A DNA stretch of 64,000 nucleotides from Gnetum montanum (taxonomy: Eukaryota > Plantae > Gnetophyta). Each line of letters begins with the position of its first letter. Position 1 is the first letter of the stretch. Positions 1-13,600 of this stretch are shown here, piece by piece. The notes below the pieces were generated by a model. That model was not told the origin of the DNA, ran no database searches, and worked only from the letters and a program-made list of their open reading frames with translations. Location of the stretch: the NCBI GenBank assembly GCA_015680685.1, contig MNCI01001832.1:5404-69403 (forward strand). Direction: 5' to 3'. The position numbers were made by a program, and so were the translations under genes.

Positions 1-650
1 TAAAAGCAATCTAAAAATCCCAAAATTACTTGCCAAGGATGATACTATCTAAACCACTAGCTAAACAATTTAAACAAAATAAAAATAAAAAACATAACTC
101 ACAAGACTATGACAAAGAGGCTAAAATATTTTCTTTAGCAAGCCATCTTACAAGCAATCTTCTTTACAAATCTTCTTTACAAATGCTCTTCCCAAAACCC
201 AAAGTGTGTCTTCAAGTGAGAGTCCAAGTGCTAGCTAGTAGCCTTCCTAATGTGTAATGTATCAAGTGCCTTCTTCCAAAAGTCCTAATATGTGAGACCC
301 CCCTTCTTCTTACCCCTGAAGCCTTTTTATAAGGTTCATAAGGTAGTTACATTCTAAAATATCCTATCTAACTTTCCTCCCAAGTAAGGAGGTTACAACT
401 TACCCATTTAGTTAGGAGGAAGTTATGTAGTTAGGAAGTTATACATAAAGTTAGGAGGAATTTATGTTAACATTAATATTTGTAAATATTATAAATTATA
501 AATATTTTATGTAATGTGATATTACAAATATTTTATATAATATTACAAATATTTTACAAATAGTTTAACATTAATATTGCAAATAATTTATGAGTAGTAA
601 CTTATATATATAATAATGTTTGAAAATTAATATTTTAAGAATGTTTTAAT
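1..650 (-). mobile_element. Partial LTR-like remnant of an unassigned retrotransposon
   Basis: The minus strand reads CCTTATAAAAAGGC (TATA-like, ~322-335) followed by a purine-rich stretch. Short repeats (AGTTAGGAGGAA-like, TTACAAATATTTTA) lie upstream of it. No clean TG terminus is visible. Confidence 0.4.
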
Positions 651-659
651 ACTTGGAAT

Positions 660-1990
660 AATTAAAGGTAAGTCTTCAGCCCGTCACTTGGAATANGGGA
701 ATAATTAAAGGTAAGTCTTCAGCCCGTCACTTGGAATAATTAAATTATTGGTAAGTTTCGGCGATGGATTAAACTGCAACTACAGCATCAGTTGAAATAT
801 CTCTTGCTCTGCGGATTCGGTTATACACCTGCCTTAGCATGCCTTCGTGTCTTTGCTGCTGCGTTCTATGGATCGGTATGCAATATCGAATGCTTCGGCA
901 TCGGGCATGGCTATTGTTTCAGATTACAGGTTCCAGGGGTGAATGACATTTGTGATTACCATTTTTCACTACCTGAAATTTTGAATTCAGTTCCTGGTTA
1001 TGATGTTATTTCTGTTTTCAATCTTGTTGCAGCAATTACCCTATTTCTGTATTCTCTAAGGGTGCACAACCACGAAATTTGCCGAATTGTTTAAAAACAG
1101 TGCTGAGGCGGGTAGGGTTTGGTGGTAGAACAGCGACGTTACCAACATAGACTACCATGTAGAACAAGAGCTCACTTTTGCCACGGAAGTGCTGGAGAAG
1201 AGGGTGATTTGAAAATGAAGAACAAAACACGATTCTGTCTCTACGTGTGGGCAAGGGTTTCATTTTTTTTCTTTGCTGCTGCATCCATGGCAAAGGGGTT
1301 TTGTCCCTCAGGGATTTGGCTGTGCCCATGGTGATGGCAGTTGTGTTTTTTATTTTTCTCTTTGCCCGCCTGTGCCGTGATAAGCACCGCGTGGTTGGCG
1401 GTTCTGCACTTTTGCTGCTCTAGTTAAAACGCGATTTGATGAAAGAACAGACATTTTTCTAGACTGTTTTTCAGTCAATTGCAGCAAGAGATGCTTGGGT
1501 TGTGTTTGAATGTTTATTGTGGAATTTCTAACCATAGAAAATGAAGGTGAAACAAAACAATACGCAGTCTGCAACTTCATCCAAGGGCCATTAAATATGG
1601 GAGTTAAATCGAAAATAGGAGAAAAGTTAATCAGAGAAAACAACCATGGATTCATCGATCTGTTCTCCATCCTCTGTTCTCCATCCTTTGTTTTTTCTTT
1701 TTCTGCATTTTGTTTTACAGATATGAAACCTTCTGTAGTTATGCACCTCTGAACTAGGGTCATGATTTGAATGTGTTTTCAACAGAAAAATTCAGAATAC
1801 AGGCCTGCGTCGTTTATGGAATAATCTCTGTTTTTTGGTTTTGCTGTTTTTATTTCTTCAGAAATTGTAACTCATATCTTTTCCATTTTCGTGACTCTCA
1901 GCCTAGGTAACCTTTGAAGCTCAAACCAACGTTTCTCCATATTAAAAATTTGATTGTTTATTCCTTAAAACCTTATCATTGCCTCCTTGA
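660..1990 (+). promoter_or_regulatory. CpG-retaining, non-TE island (candidate promoter, 5'UTR/intron or lncRNA locus)
   Basis: About 35 CpGs counted by eye in ~1.3 kb, versus roughly a dozen in the next 7 kb. Telo-box TAGGGTTT at 1113-1120, ACGTG at ~1243, and several + strand GT-AG splice-like sites. No TE protein motifs. Confidence 0.45.
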
Positions 1991-2229
1991 GAGATTAAAA
2001 AGAAATGCTACGGTACTATATCCTCTCTCCTTTTTTTTCAAAAAAATATATTTTTTGACTATTGTATGTAGCAACATGATTATTCCTAGTATTTTTTATT
2101 TTCCACACCATTATTCCATTATGGGCCACCCCCTAAATTCCATACCAATGATATGAAATAACATATTTACATTCTCCTATTCTTACAATAATGTTCAAGA
2201 TGATTCTTACTATTCCATGGAATGACCAA

Positions 2230-3943
2230 ATGTGCCAACACCTTGGTGATGGGTAGATAGGATCCAAAAATCAAAGAACCGTAATGGATAAATTTCCTAG
2301 TCATTCATCTAAGGACAAGGAGAATGATGAAGAGAAGGATTAGGATCAGGAAAAGAACCAAAACAAGGATAAAGATAAGGACCAAAGAAGAAGGACTAGA
2401 AGGTACCATTCTCCTAGTCCTTCATCATCACCATCTTCCTCATCAAATTTTGCTAAGAGAAGCCATGGTAGAGGTAGATGTAGGGATGGTCAGGATTGAG
2501 ATGGGAATCATGATGATAGGAGTAGGGATGGGTGATCACATAGATACAAGGAACAACACCATCATGAAAGAAGGCACAACAAGGCTCATCATAGGAGACA
2601 TTACCATGGACATGATGCTTATGATGAGCTATTGTTAGCTACAAGAAATATGCTAAATGTTTCAAAAGAAGTGAGAATCTTCACCGGGAATCAAAAGTAT
2701 AGAAGAATCAAATGGTTGGATACAATATTCTGTAATTTTAAGAGGGATATAACACAAATCCACAACCTCATTTACAAGCTTTCCATGATGCCTACACCTT
2801 TCAGAACATTGATAACAACTAGTAAAAGTTGAAATTATTCCTAAGAACACTCATCAAAGAAGCAGAAAGTTGATATCGATCCTTGTAACTAGAATCCATT
2901 AGCCAATGTAGCATGATGTTAGAATTATTTAATGACAAATACAAAACATACTTTTAAGTGTTTAATCTTAGGAAGCAAATTCAAGAATGGAACCAAGGAA
3001 GTCATGAATCCTTAGATGCAGCCTTAGGCAAGTATTACTCCCTATTGCATTAATTCCTAAGCCATGGATTTTTTCAAAGGGAGAAACTTTTCCATATTAT
3101 AGATGGACTTTGAAATAAAATGAGAGAACCTCTTGGGATTTATGTCCAAGGGAGACTTTCTAATATGAGAGTCCATCAGGTCCAAAGGCTAGTAGAAAAG
3201 ATGGCCAAAGAAGAAGAGGAGTTTAAGAAAAGAGAGACTCCAAAAGAGTACAACAAAGATTCCTCCTTTCGTAAATGGGAGGTATGTTTCTGTGATACAG
3301 AGGAGGAAACATTACTAGATGAGGTGATGTAAAGGATAATCTTGCTGATAAAAAAAATTTTCTTCAAAATATCAACTAAGATAGATAAAATATGAGACTC
3401 CTTAGACAAGAAGTTCCAACCTACCTTGAAAATAGTAGAGGAAAAGGCAAGGTAGGGAAGTAGTGCATCGGACAAAAGGAAAAGGATAGATATAGAAAAG
3501 TGGTATTTGTAGCAAAAAGGCGAAGCTACCATGATCAATGAGGTTGTAGATTCTGAACTTGATGATGATGGATATGATATCTACTAGTATGAACATCCCA
3601 ATAGATGTTATCCTATGATGCATTTGCAAGAATTTGGGGTGTATGCCTTGAATCCAATATTTGTAGAAAAGAAAATACCTAGGAGATTACCTTATTCTTA
3701 GGGAAATCCTAGGTAGCAATTCCACCAAGCATAGTACTATCCATGTTTTGCCATTATGAGTTTGGCACTTCACTTGGCATTATAACCATCATCTATGGAT
3801 TGTCTTATCCTATAGACTTCTTGGTGATCCATGTTGATAAATGCAAGGGCCACTTTCCTATTATAATGGGAAGGCTTGGCTTAGCATAATTGATGCTAAG
3901 ATGGTCATTTAAGACCTCTCCTTGAAAATCTCCATGGAAAATG
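2230..3943 (+). pseudogene. gag: Element A gag (Retrotrans_gag-like) and protease remnant
   Basis: LATRNMLNVSKEVRI and REPLGIYVQGRLSNMRVHQV are homologous to element C gag. SYPIDFLVI marks the protease. Many stops. Confidence 0.85.
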
Positions 3944-5095
3944 TAAGGACCTAGAACTTAGAAGGGGGGTTGAATAAGTTCCATAAATTTGAATAACCAA
4001 GACAACTAAAAGTGTAAATAAATTTATGTGGTTTTCCAACTTGGATACTTCCCACTTAGGGGATAGAATCCTTCCACATCTCTAGACTTTTTTTCTTAAA
4101 AAATGTGGTTTTAAGGACACCATAACCTTTACAAAGATTAAGCTTTGTAAGGAGTGCTTTCTCTCAAGAAGCACACACAACCCTACTAAGTTAGAACAGG
4201 CTGAAAATGTGATTTCAAGGATTCCACAACCTTTACAACAATGTGAGCTCCACATAGAGTGTTTTCTCTTAAGAAACATACTCAACCTTGCAAGGTCTAG
4301 ATAAGGTCAATGGATGCCTTCTTGTAAGAAGCACATCAACCTCATAGGTCTTACAAAGGAAGAAATAGAATTACATAGAGAATGTAACTATACTTTACAA
4401 ATTTCTTGCTTTGAGGTACTTGAAAAATATAATACAACTCACAAAAGATAGAGAATTGAAGGACAAATCAATTCACAAGATGTATACAATAAAGAAATAT
4501 TCGTATGAACAGTGCTTATCATTTTCACTAAGATATTATTTCTTTTATAGCCTCTATCCTTGTTAAATAACTATTGGAATTTATGCAACATCTAGAAAAG
4601 TGGCTAGTTGGGACATCTCATTTGAGATTGAAAAGTCTCATTAAGTTTCTATGCTTACATCTGGGACTTCCTACTAGAAATTAGGAAGTCTCACATGGGA
4701 TGTATTAGCTAAGATGTTTTAAAAGCAATTGGGATGTCTACTATTTTTGTGGGACGTCTGGTTTGAAACTAAGCATTTTCTACTAGGATGTCTAAAGTTA
4801 TTTTGGGATATCTTAGTAGCTACTAGAGCATATTTGTTTGAATTTTAGGCTTCCTACACCCTTGACATCTTTTATCTTTGTTTTCTGGTTGAGAATTTTT
4901 CACCTCAAATTGATAATGTAGTTCTCATCTTGGTCTCAACTCAATCTTTGTCTCAATATTTTCTTGACACCATCTAAGATCTTGTCCTAATCTTATCATG
5001 CTTTTTTCCTAGTCCTTTCCCAGTCATGCAAGATCCATAGGTACATTTTCCACATTCTCCATTTTCTAAGGTTTTGCCATACCAAAAGTTCAACA
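3944..5095 (-). repeat. Sirevirus-like 3' LTR
   Basis: Aligns end to end with 9492-10641. The terminal TG appears as TA at 3944. TATA at ~4542-4550; palindrome cluster at 4610-4815. Confidence 0.9.
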
Positions 5096-5574
5096 ATCTC
5101 CCCCTTTTTGTGATGTCCAAAACTTGAGAAAATGGGTTAGTGTAACAACATAATATCATATAATAAATAATTTAAAGATACAAGCATTTGTGTGTGTGCA
5201 TGTGCATCAAAAGATAATCCTATGGTAGTAACAATTGGAAAATGAAATAAAAGGTTAATGGACACATATTCATTAGTCATTATCACAAGATGATAAAACA
5301 AGAAAATTGAGACATAAAAAACTAACCAAAACTTTTCATATCTATCCATAATTCAAGAAATCATAATCCATGGTCTCAAATATTGTTAATACACACTAAA
5401 TACTTCATAACCTATCTTCAAAGGTATAGCATGCAATGTTTGACATCCAAAAATAAAAAAATACACATAGCACATCATATAAGATCTAAACCATCAAAAT
5501 CATCACATCCCACATCACAAAACTCTCCCTCCTTTTTGGAAATTACTCAAAATAAGGGAATCATAAGGAGTCTC

Positions 5575-7222
5575 TAATCAATAAGCTTTGTATTTTCATC
5601 CTTCTCATTAGAGTCTAATGTTGCATGAGTGTACCTATATGTCTCCTCCTCATCATCATTTCTAATAGTGTTGGAATGGGAAACATGCTACTCATCATTA
5701 TCAGAAGAAGGTATTGCTACAAGAGCTCTTTAGGTTCAAAGCTTTACCTAATACTGCAATGATGAAAGGGGATGAGATGGAGCCTGATGGAAAGAAGAGA
5801 GAACTGGTAGGTCTTGGAAGTAGGTTACTTCCATTGAGTTGTTGCACTAAGAATGCTATCCATCGCCTATTGCTCCAAACACTATGGAACATCCTCACTC
5901 ATGAAAATCTTCAAAAGTATTTTAGAAGACTCTCCCTACCTAAATGTACTTGGTTCATGCTACTTAGTGTGAGGAAAGGACTCTCCTTGGGCATGAGCAA
6001 GTTATGTTGTGAGATCTTTTGAATCTAATGTATTACCTAAATCATATCTCATGATGGCCTTGCTTGTATAGAATGACTAAGTAGAGTTGGTATATCCTCA
6101 TCACTATCTGTCCAATAAGTAGTGATCTCCTCATACTACTGACCATCTAGAGGAAGGGAAAGGCCTAACATGTCCATTCTCTTATAAAGGTAAGAGAGAT
6201 TCTGTCTAGTCTCTTCCAAGGATTTGCTAACAGTCTTTAGGGCCTTCTTTATGGTAAGTCCCATTTGTACACTTATGAACTTAGACCTCCTTAATTAAGA
6301 AGAGATCCTAGGTGAAGATGTTGTTTTCTTTCTTCATGTCTTTTGAGGTGAAGAAGTTGGAAATTCAGTATCTACAAAAGTTATACTTCTTTTCTTGAAA
6401 AAAATTTGCAAGACTTCTCTTCCCTTTAAGAGGAGATAGATCTAGAATAGGAACACTCATCTGATAAACAAGTAGGCTGATGAGTAGAGGATGTCTATAA
6501 ACTCTCTCTCAAGTAAACAACCCTAACATGTTCTTGTAAATAATGTGTTCCAAATCTAATGGTAGCTTGTTTAGAAGACAATATACAATAAAATCTTGAG
6601 TTAGCATCAAATAATTGTAGCTTTCACCTTTTACAATGATATTATACATAATAATAAGTGAGAGAGTAGAAGCATCCTAGGACATCTACCATCTAGAAAT
6701 TTTTCCACTTCTTATGGAAATAGAGTTATCAAACATAACATTGCAAAATTCATCATGAGATATCAAAATAATCCCATTACTGAAAATGTCATTCATCAAA
6801 TGTATGAAAACTCTATGTACATCAGAACTAAAAACCCTAAGTAAAGCATTCATAACTTGAGGTAAGATTTCAAGTGTAATGCCCCATACAACAGATGCAA
6901 ATGCACCAACAGAAGAATTAGTAAGTACTATATTACTATAAAACTCTCTAATCAAAATTTTTGGTATAAAATAAGTCACAAAAATAATAGAATCCTAACC
7001 AACTACTTCAAAATAGGCTAATAGCACTTGTTATTGGTGTTGTTGCAAAGTAAGAGTTCTTTCACTAACAATAGAGATGAAATGAGTTACCTCAAGTTTG
7101 TGCTAAGCATTAGTAGACAAAAATTGGGACTAATATATGTTGGATCAATTTGAGAAAGAACTTTTACCATCTTTGGACTTGTAAGGAGGCACCCTTGAAG
7201 TTCTAACCTTGTTGTAAGCCAT
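5575..7222 (-). pseudogene. Env-like extra ORF (putative plant transposon protein / Transposase_32-like), degenerate
   Basis: Starts MAYNKVRTSRVPP. Motifs LIREFYSNI, VWGITLEI and IIMYNII...FIVYCLLNKLPLDL. Acidic, low-complexity C-terminus. Confidence 0.7.
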
Positions 7223-7619
7223 GGATTTTAGCAAAATGAAGTGAAAAAATAGTGAGGATGAGGCCCTAGTTGACTACACTGGGACATCTGAGGCTTGGTG
7301 AAAAATGAAAGTTGAAAATTAATAATAGCTTTAAATACTCTATGCCCTCAACAGGATTTTTCCACAGTTTGGAGCATCCTAAGGAAAATGGAATTCTTAT
7401 GTGAATTCGGCCTATTCATAGTGGGACATCTCAAATTTGGATGGGACATCCTAGGTGAGACATCTCACAAAATAGTGGGATATCCCAACTTTAAGTGGGT
7501 TCTTTTCAAGCAATGAGCAAAGTGAAAGATATGAGAAATTTCAAGGAACGCTACTAGGGATAACAACAACAAAAAAGGCTAAAACAAAATAACATAATGA
7601 AAGTCAAGGGGAAAATACT

Positions 7620-9437
7620 TATTAATACTTTCCCATACTTATCTTGCTTGATCTTAGGAAGATGCTTTGTTCAAGTAGATTTATGATGAGGTTCTCTTTT
7701 TAAAGTACCTTCTTTGTAATAATTAAATATTTTTTTCATCCCAGGTATTTGATCTTTCCTTGTAAAGTTCATTGTGATTTAATGTCCAACATGAGTATTT
7801 TTTCTTTCTTCTTTCTTCTTTAATTTGACATTCTAGATCTTTTTGACCTACAAGACATTCTTTCTAGGCACCTTTAGATAAAACCAAGAAGTCATGTTAT
7901 AATGTTTAATTTTTAAACAACAATTTGAACATTTATGCTCATACTTTCTACAATAATAACACTTGATTTTTCTTAGTTGGGTAAGATCAAACCTTTGATT
8001 ATAATTCCATTTAGATGATGTTCTTGAAGATGCCTCATTTTGTTGGTGAATTCCTAAATCACACTTTCCATGTTGAACTCTTCCTTATACCAATACAATT
8101 CGTAAGTCTCTTTTTGTTTTTCAAGTCTTTCATTTATAAGCTTCATATTTGCAAGCTCTTTGATAATATGCTCATAAGAGGATGTTATTTTATGCTTCAT
8201 GGGCCTTAGCTTTCAGTTTTCTTATGTGAGATTTAAGCATTTTTATTTAGTTGAGACAACTCTAAATCTTTATTGCTCAAGACCTTATTCATCTTAATAC
8301 ATAGACTTTGAAAGGATATAATTTCATTACATAATAAGTCATACCTTTTTTCAAGATTACCTCTAGATTTTTCTATTTCCATTGTAGGATCTTCATGTGT
8401 AAGGATCATGCAAATCATAAATGAACTTATAAAAGTATCATCTATTTTCTCCTCACTTTGTTCCTCATCCTAGCTTGAGTATAAATTTTTCTTTTTCATT
8501 TTAGCTTTGGATGAATCCTTCTTTTTAAACCTGCCAACACTTGGACATTCAAAGGTTACATGGCCTTTATCACTACAAATCCAACATTCTATAGATGTTG
8601 CAACAAGACTATAACTTTTAAAATTTTTACCTTGTTTTTTACCTTTGATGCTAGGTTGGTTGAAACTTTTTCCTTTTTCATGTAAGTAGTATTTGAACTC
8701 TTCTTGACAAGAGAGCCAATTCATCTTTACTATTTCCTCCATGCTCAAATGGATCCTTTTCTTTTAAGGAGCTTTTGAAGGAAATGGGTTTTTCTTTGAT
8801 TGCATCTTCAATTATGAGATTCATCTCATAAGCAATGAGTGCACTTTCAAGCTCTTTAAAATTTAATAATGAAAACCCCTAATCTCTTCCATGGTTATTA
8901 CCTTGGGCATAAATTCAAACTACAATGTTCTAATCATTTTGATAATCACATCAATTTCAAGTAAAATTTTTCCTGTTCCTCTAATGGCTACAGCTAAGTC
9001 ATTACCTCTAGAAAAATAGTCTTTTATTTTCTCTTATTTTTCATTTTAAGTTTATCAAATTGTCTTTGCGAAAAAGAAGCTTAGATTTCTTAACAACAGA
9101 TGTACCTTTATAGGTAGCTTCTAGAGTCTTCCAAATTTCTTTCATAGTTTTACATTCAAATAGTCTATTGAACTTAGATTTACTTAAAGAACAATAAAGA
9201 TAATTTTTTTCTTTATAATCAAACATAAACTTTTTTTTTTTTCCTAAGTCCATTTTCTTCTTACCTTTGTAGCACTTATGATGTTGTTTATGGATGGCTT
9301 GTATCCCTCTAGGATGGACTCCCAAACTTCAAACTCCATGGATTGAAAGAATCCTTACATCCAAGCCTTCCAATATAATATGTGAAGTCAATCCCATTGA
9401 ACATTGGTGGCTTGGTGTATGATGTTTATCCCATCAT
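7620..9437 (-). pseudogene. gag: Copia gag (Retrotran_gag_2/UBN2-like) with two CCHC knuckles
   Basis: KPPMFNG..YWKAWM and CKTMKEIWKTLEATYKGTSVVKKSKL; knuckles CWICSDKGHVTFEC and CYYCRKYEHKCSNC (~7920-7965). Confidence 0.85.
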
Positions 9438-9491
9438 TCACTCTTGAGATGTTAAGCTCAAAGATTAGGAGTACCAAACTCTAATACCACT

Positions 9492-10641
9492 TGAGGATCG
9501 AGAACTTAGAAGGGAGGTTGAATACATTTCGTAAATTCAAATAACTAAGACAACTATAACTGCACATAAATTTACATGGTTATCCAACTTAGGTACTTCC
9601 ACACTCAGAGGGTAGAATTCTTGCACACCTCTAGATTTTGTTTCTTAAAAAATGTGGTTTCAAGAACATCACAATGTTTAAAAAATTTGAGCTCCATAAG
9701 GAGTGCTTTCTCTCAAGAAGCACACTTAATCCTGCAAGGTCCAAACAAGGTCAAAATATGATTTTCGAGATCCCACAACCTTTACAATAACGTGAGCTTC
9801 ACACAAAGTGCTTTCTCTTAAGAAACACACTTAACCCTACAAGCTTTCAACAAGTCAAATGGATGCCTTCTCACAAGAAGTACATCAAGCCGAAAGGGCT
9901 TACAAAAGAAGAAATAGAATCAAGAAAATAATGTAACTATAATTTACAAAATCCTTACTTTCAGGCACTTTACAAATATAATACAACTTTCAAAAGATAG
10001 AGAATTGAAGGAAAAATAAATTCACAAGATATATACAATGAAGGAATATTTATATGAATAATGCTTCTCACTTTCACTAAGATATAATTTCTTTGATAGC
10101 CTCTATCCTTATTAAATAATCCTTGAAATTTGTAAAATAACTAGTTGGGATGTCTCATTCAAGCTTGGGATGTCTCACATGAAATGTCCTAGTTAGGATG
10201 TTTCAAGAGCAATTGAGACATCTATTATTTTTGTGGGATGTCTAGATTGAAACTCTTTTGGGACATCTATAGTTCTTCTAAGATGTCTTGGCAGCTATCA
10301 AAGCATTTTCATTTGAATTTTAGGCTTCATGCATTCTTGACATCTTTCATATTTATTTTTTGGTTGAGACTTTATTATCTTAGATGGATAATGCAACTCT
10401 TATCTTGGTCTCAACTTGCTCTTTTCCCCAATCTCTTCTTGACATCATCTAAGCTCTTGTCCCAAACTCTTGTCTTAACACCATCTAAGTTCTTATCTTG
10501 ATCTCTTGTCTTGATACCATATAAACTCTAGTCCTGATCTTATCATGCTTTTTTCTTAGTTCTTTCCTAGTATTCTAAGATCCACAAGCACATTTTCCAC
10601 ATTTTCATTTTCCAAGGTTTTGACATACCAAAAATTCAACA
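9492..10641 (-). repeat. Sirevirus-like 5' LTR
   Basis: TG...CA termini, adjacent to the PBS, homologous to 3944-5095. Confidence 0.9.
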
Positions 10642-10646
10642 AAATG

Positions 10647-13600
10647 AATTTGGAAAAGTTGAGAAGAAGTGAGTTCAATGCATTTCATACAATGACATAG
10701 GGTGCCATTGCATGCAAAAAGTATGAGCCATACCATGTACATTCCTCAAAGTATACAAAAACATATGTTGAGGTGTCCACTATTTAGAAGTACATGTATG
10801 CAATAGTTACAAAATAGGAGGCTACCCAATGGATAACAACAAATGATGGGGTAGATTCAAAAATATGCCTGAAAAAAACAAAAAGCCTCACAAGTGCTTA
10901 CATTAAATACATGGATAAAATAGAGTAGATCACTAGCCAAATCTCCCATGCATAGACTAAGATGAAGTGGGGAGAGTTGACGATCCTAAAGTAGTTCAAA
11001 CAAGAGCTCCTTGAACTAAAGGCCTTACCAACTAATTTAGAATATGCTTATCTTGACAATAGCAAGTTGGTAATCATCAACATCCATCTTACTTAAGCAC
11101 AAAAGAAGAAGTTGCTGGAAAATGATTAACAAATGTCCAATAGCTTTTGCTTGGTCATATCATAAATTGACAGGAATAGATCCAAGAATATACTAGCATC
11201 AGATCTACATGAACCCCTCCACTGAACCCAAAAGATAGCCACAGAGATGATTGAATCCTAAGATAAATTAAGTTGTAAAACTTCTTAAGGTAAGATTCAT
11301 TTATCCCATTGTGGATAGTGACTGGATTAGCCCACTTTTCATTATACAAATGAAAGATGGTAAAAGGAGGATCTGCATCAACTATAGGCTGTTGAACATA
11401 GCAACCTTCAAATATCATTTTTCATTGTCATTTATGGACTAGGTGCTAGATACTATTATAGAAAATGGCTACTACAAATTTCTAAATAGTTATAGTAGCT
11501 ATAAAAAAATCTAGATTACACCGAAGGACCAAGCCAAAACTACCTTTACAAGTCCTTAGGGGAGTTTTGCATAAAAAAAATATCATTTGGCCTATGCAAT
11601 GCTCCTACTACTTTTTAATTCTTGGTGCTTAGCATCTTTCAATAGTAGATTGGTAGTTGTGTAGAAGTCTTCATGAATAACTTCTCTACCTCTGGTACTA
11701 CTTTTGAGTAAGCCTTGGATCATCTTGATTAAGTACTAAAACACTATGCAGAGACAAACCTACAGCTCAATTAGTAAAAGAGCCATCAAATGATCCAAGA
11801 AGGCATAGTCTTGGAATACTAAATTTTAGAGAAACGGATTGAGATAAACTTGAAAAGAGTATAGCTCATCCAAGAAATCACTAAAAAATGAAAAATAGTA
11901 AAAGATGTAAGGTCATTCCTTGGGCATACTAGTTACTATTGATGATTCATTAACAACTTCAAAATCATCAAGCTACTGGTAGAGCTAACAGATAAGGATG
12001 TATCCTTTCACTAGAGTTTGGAATGAGAGCATTAATTTCAACAATTAAAGTAAAAGCTCATAAAAACTTTTCTCCTACAAGGTCTAGACTAGTTTAGACC
12101 CTTCCACATCATCATGGATGCACCCAACTATGTATTGGGAGTAGTATTAACATAATTGAATAATTAAAAATGTCCTTATTATATCCATTGTACTAGTAGA
12201 AGTATTGTGGGTATATAAGTAAATTACACCACCACTATGAAGGAGCTCGTGGAGGTGGTGTATGCCTTAGAGAAATTCAGACACTCTATGCTTGCATATC
12301 AAGTTTTTGTCCACATAGATCATAGTGTTATTCTTCCTAATGAAAAAAAATAATGGTAAGCCCATGTGTCATACAGTGGTTGGTGATCTTACAAGAGTTC
12401 AATTTTACAATGGTGGATAGAAAGGAAATTGAGAATATGATCATTGATCTTGTCTCGATTGCGATGGGATAGCATAGAGGATGAGGAGCCTGTCTCTAGC
12501 CAAATTTTAGATAAACTTCTCTTTGCTAAATCCCTTAATTTTATACTTCTATAGGTACCAACTAGTATGATAATTTCCTCTCATATATTCTAACACATGA
12601 GACTCCACAAGAATGGGATAACAAGAAGAAACAATAGTTTCTTCACCAAGCCAAACACCACATGAAGATCCAAGGTAACCTTTACAAGGTTTGTATTGAT
12701 GGCTTAATACGATGGTATATATTGGATGTTGATAAACTATGAATCATTTAGGATGCTTATGAAAGTCCTTGCAAGGACCATTATGCAAGCAGAAGGATAG
12801 TCATAAAGATTCTCATGGTAGGCTACTTCTAGCCTACCATTTTTAGGGACATTTATCATTTCTTCCATTCATGTAAATGCTACTAACAAGATGGAGGAAT
12901 GACAGCCCAAATGGAGGATCCTCAAGAGTGGATCTAATAACTAGATCTCTTTGACATCTTAGCCATTTACTTCATGGTCCCAACAAACCTATGTCCATGG
13001 AAAAGCATTATAATTGTAGTTGTTAACTATTACACCAAGTGGGCTAAAGTTGTAGTTGTCATTGATTGTTCATCTTCTACTGCGGCAAGGGTTATTTAAG
13101 AAAGTGTGGTAAATAGGTTTGGTATGCTAAGAGCACTTATTTTTGATAATGGAAATCATTTTATAGGGACTACTTTTAAAAACTGATGTAATGCTTGGGT
13201 GTGCAACATAAATTAACAACCTCCTACCATCCCTAAGCCAACGGTCAAGCCAAAGTTACTAATAGGGAGAAAACCTAGATACTAACACATATAATTAGTA
13301 AGTATAGGAAGGACTAGAGCATGAAACTCAACAATGGTCTATGATCTTATCGATTCATATGAGATAGTGTACAAGAAGCTATCCAAACACCCAATCCAAG
13401 CTTAGCTCCATATACTTTCAATAGTTTTTGAGCTTAACCTCAAACTCAATCTAGCACAATGAGATTGCCTCATGACTTTGAATGTATTAGATGAAAATCG
13501 ACAAGTAGCCTTAACTATGAATGAGGTGCACAAGCCACATCTCAAACAATGTCATGATGCATGGTTAAGGAGAGTTACATTTCAACTTGGTGATAAGGTT

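Larger units (their letters stand above)
3944..10641 (-). mobile_element. Non-autonomous Sirevirus (SIRE/Maximus)-like Ty1/copia element: gag + env-like ORF, no pol
   Basis: Paired LTRs 3944-5095 and 9492-10641; TSD AAATG (3939-3943, 10642-10646). PBS TGGTATTAGAG (9479-9489, iMet-type). PPTs at 5096-5110 and ~5523-5540. C-rich TATTCAACCCCCC motif near the LTR 3' end. Confidence 0.9.

Noticed and set aside
655-738. Exact 41-bp direct repeat (655-695, 698-738)
   Set aside because: It flanks a single N at 696, which is typical of an unmerged contig overlap, so it is probably an assembly artefact.
1288-1308. miR399-like TGGCAAAGGGGTTTTGTCCCT
   Set aside because: About four mismatches to the miR399 consensus as I recall it, and no proper star arm.
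792-1763. Overlapping 70-137 aa ORFs in the CpG island
   Set aside because: They occur on both strands with no recognisable motifs, as expected by chance at higher GC.
1799-1812. CAGGCCTG as the 5' TIR of the hAT
   Set aside because: The match to the candidate 3' TIR is too short and there is no 8-bp TSD.
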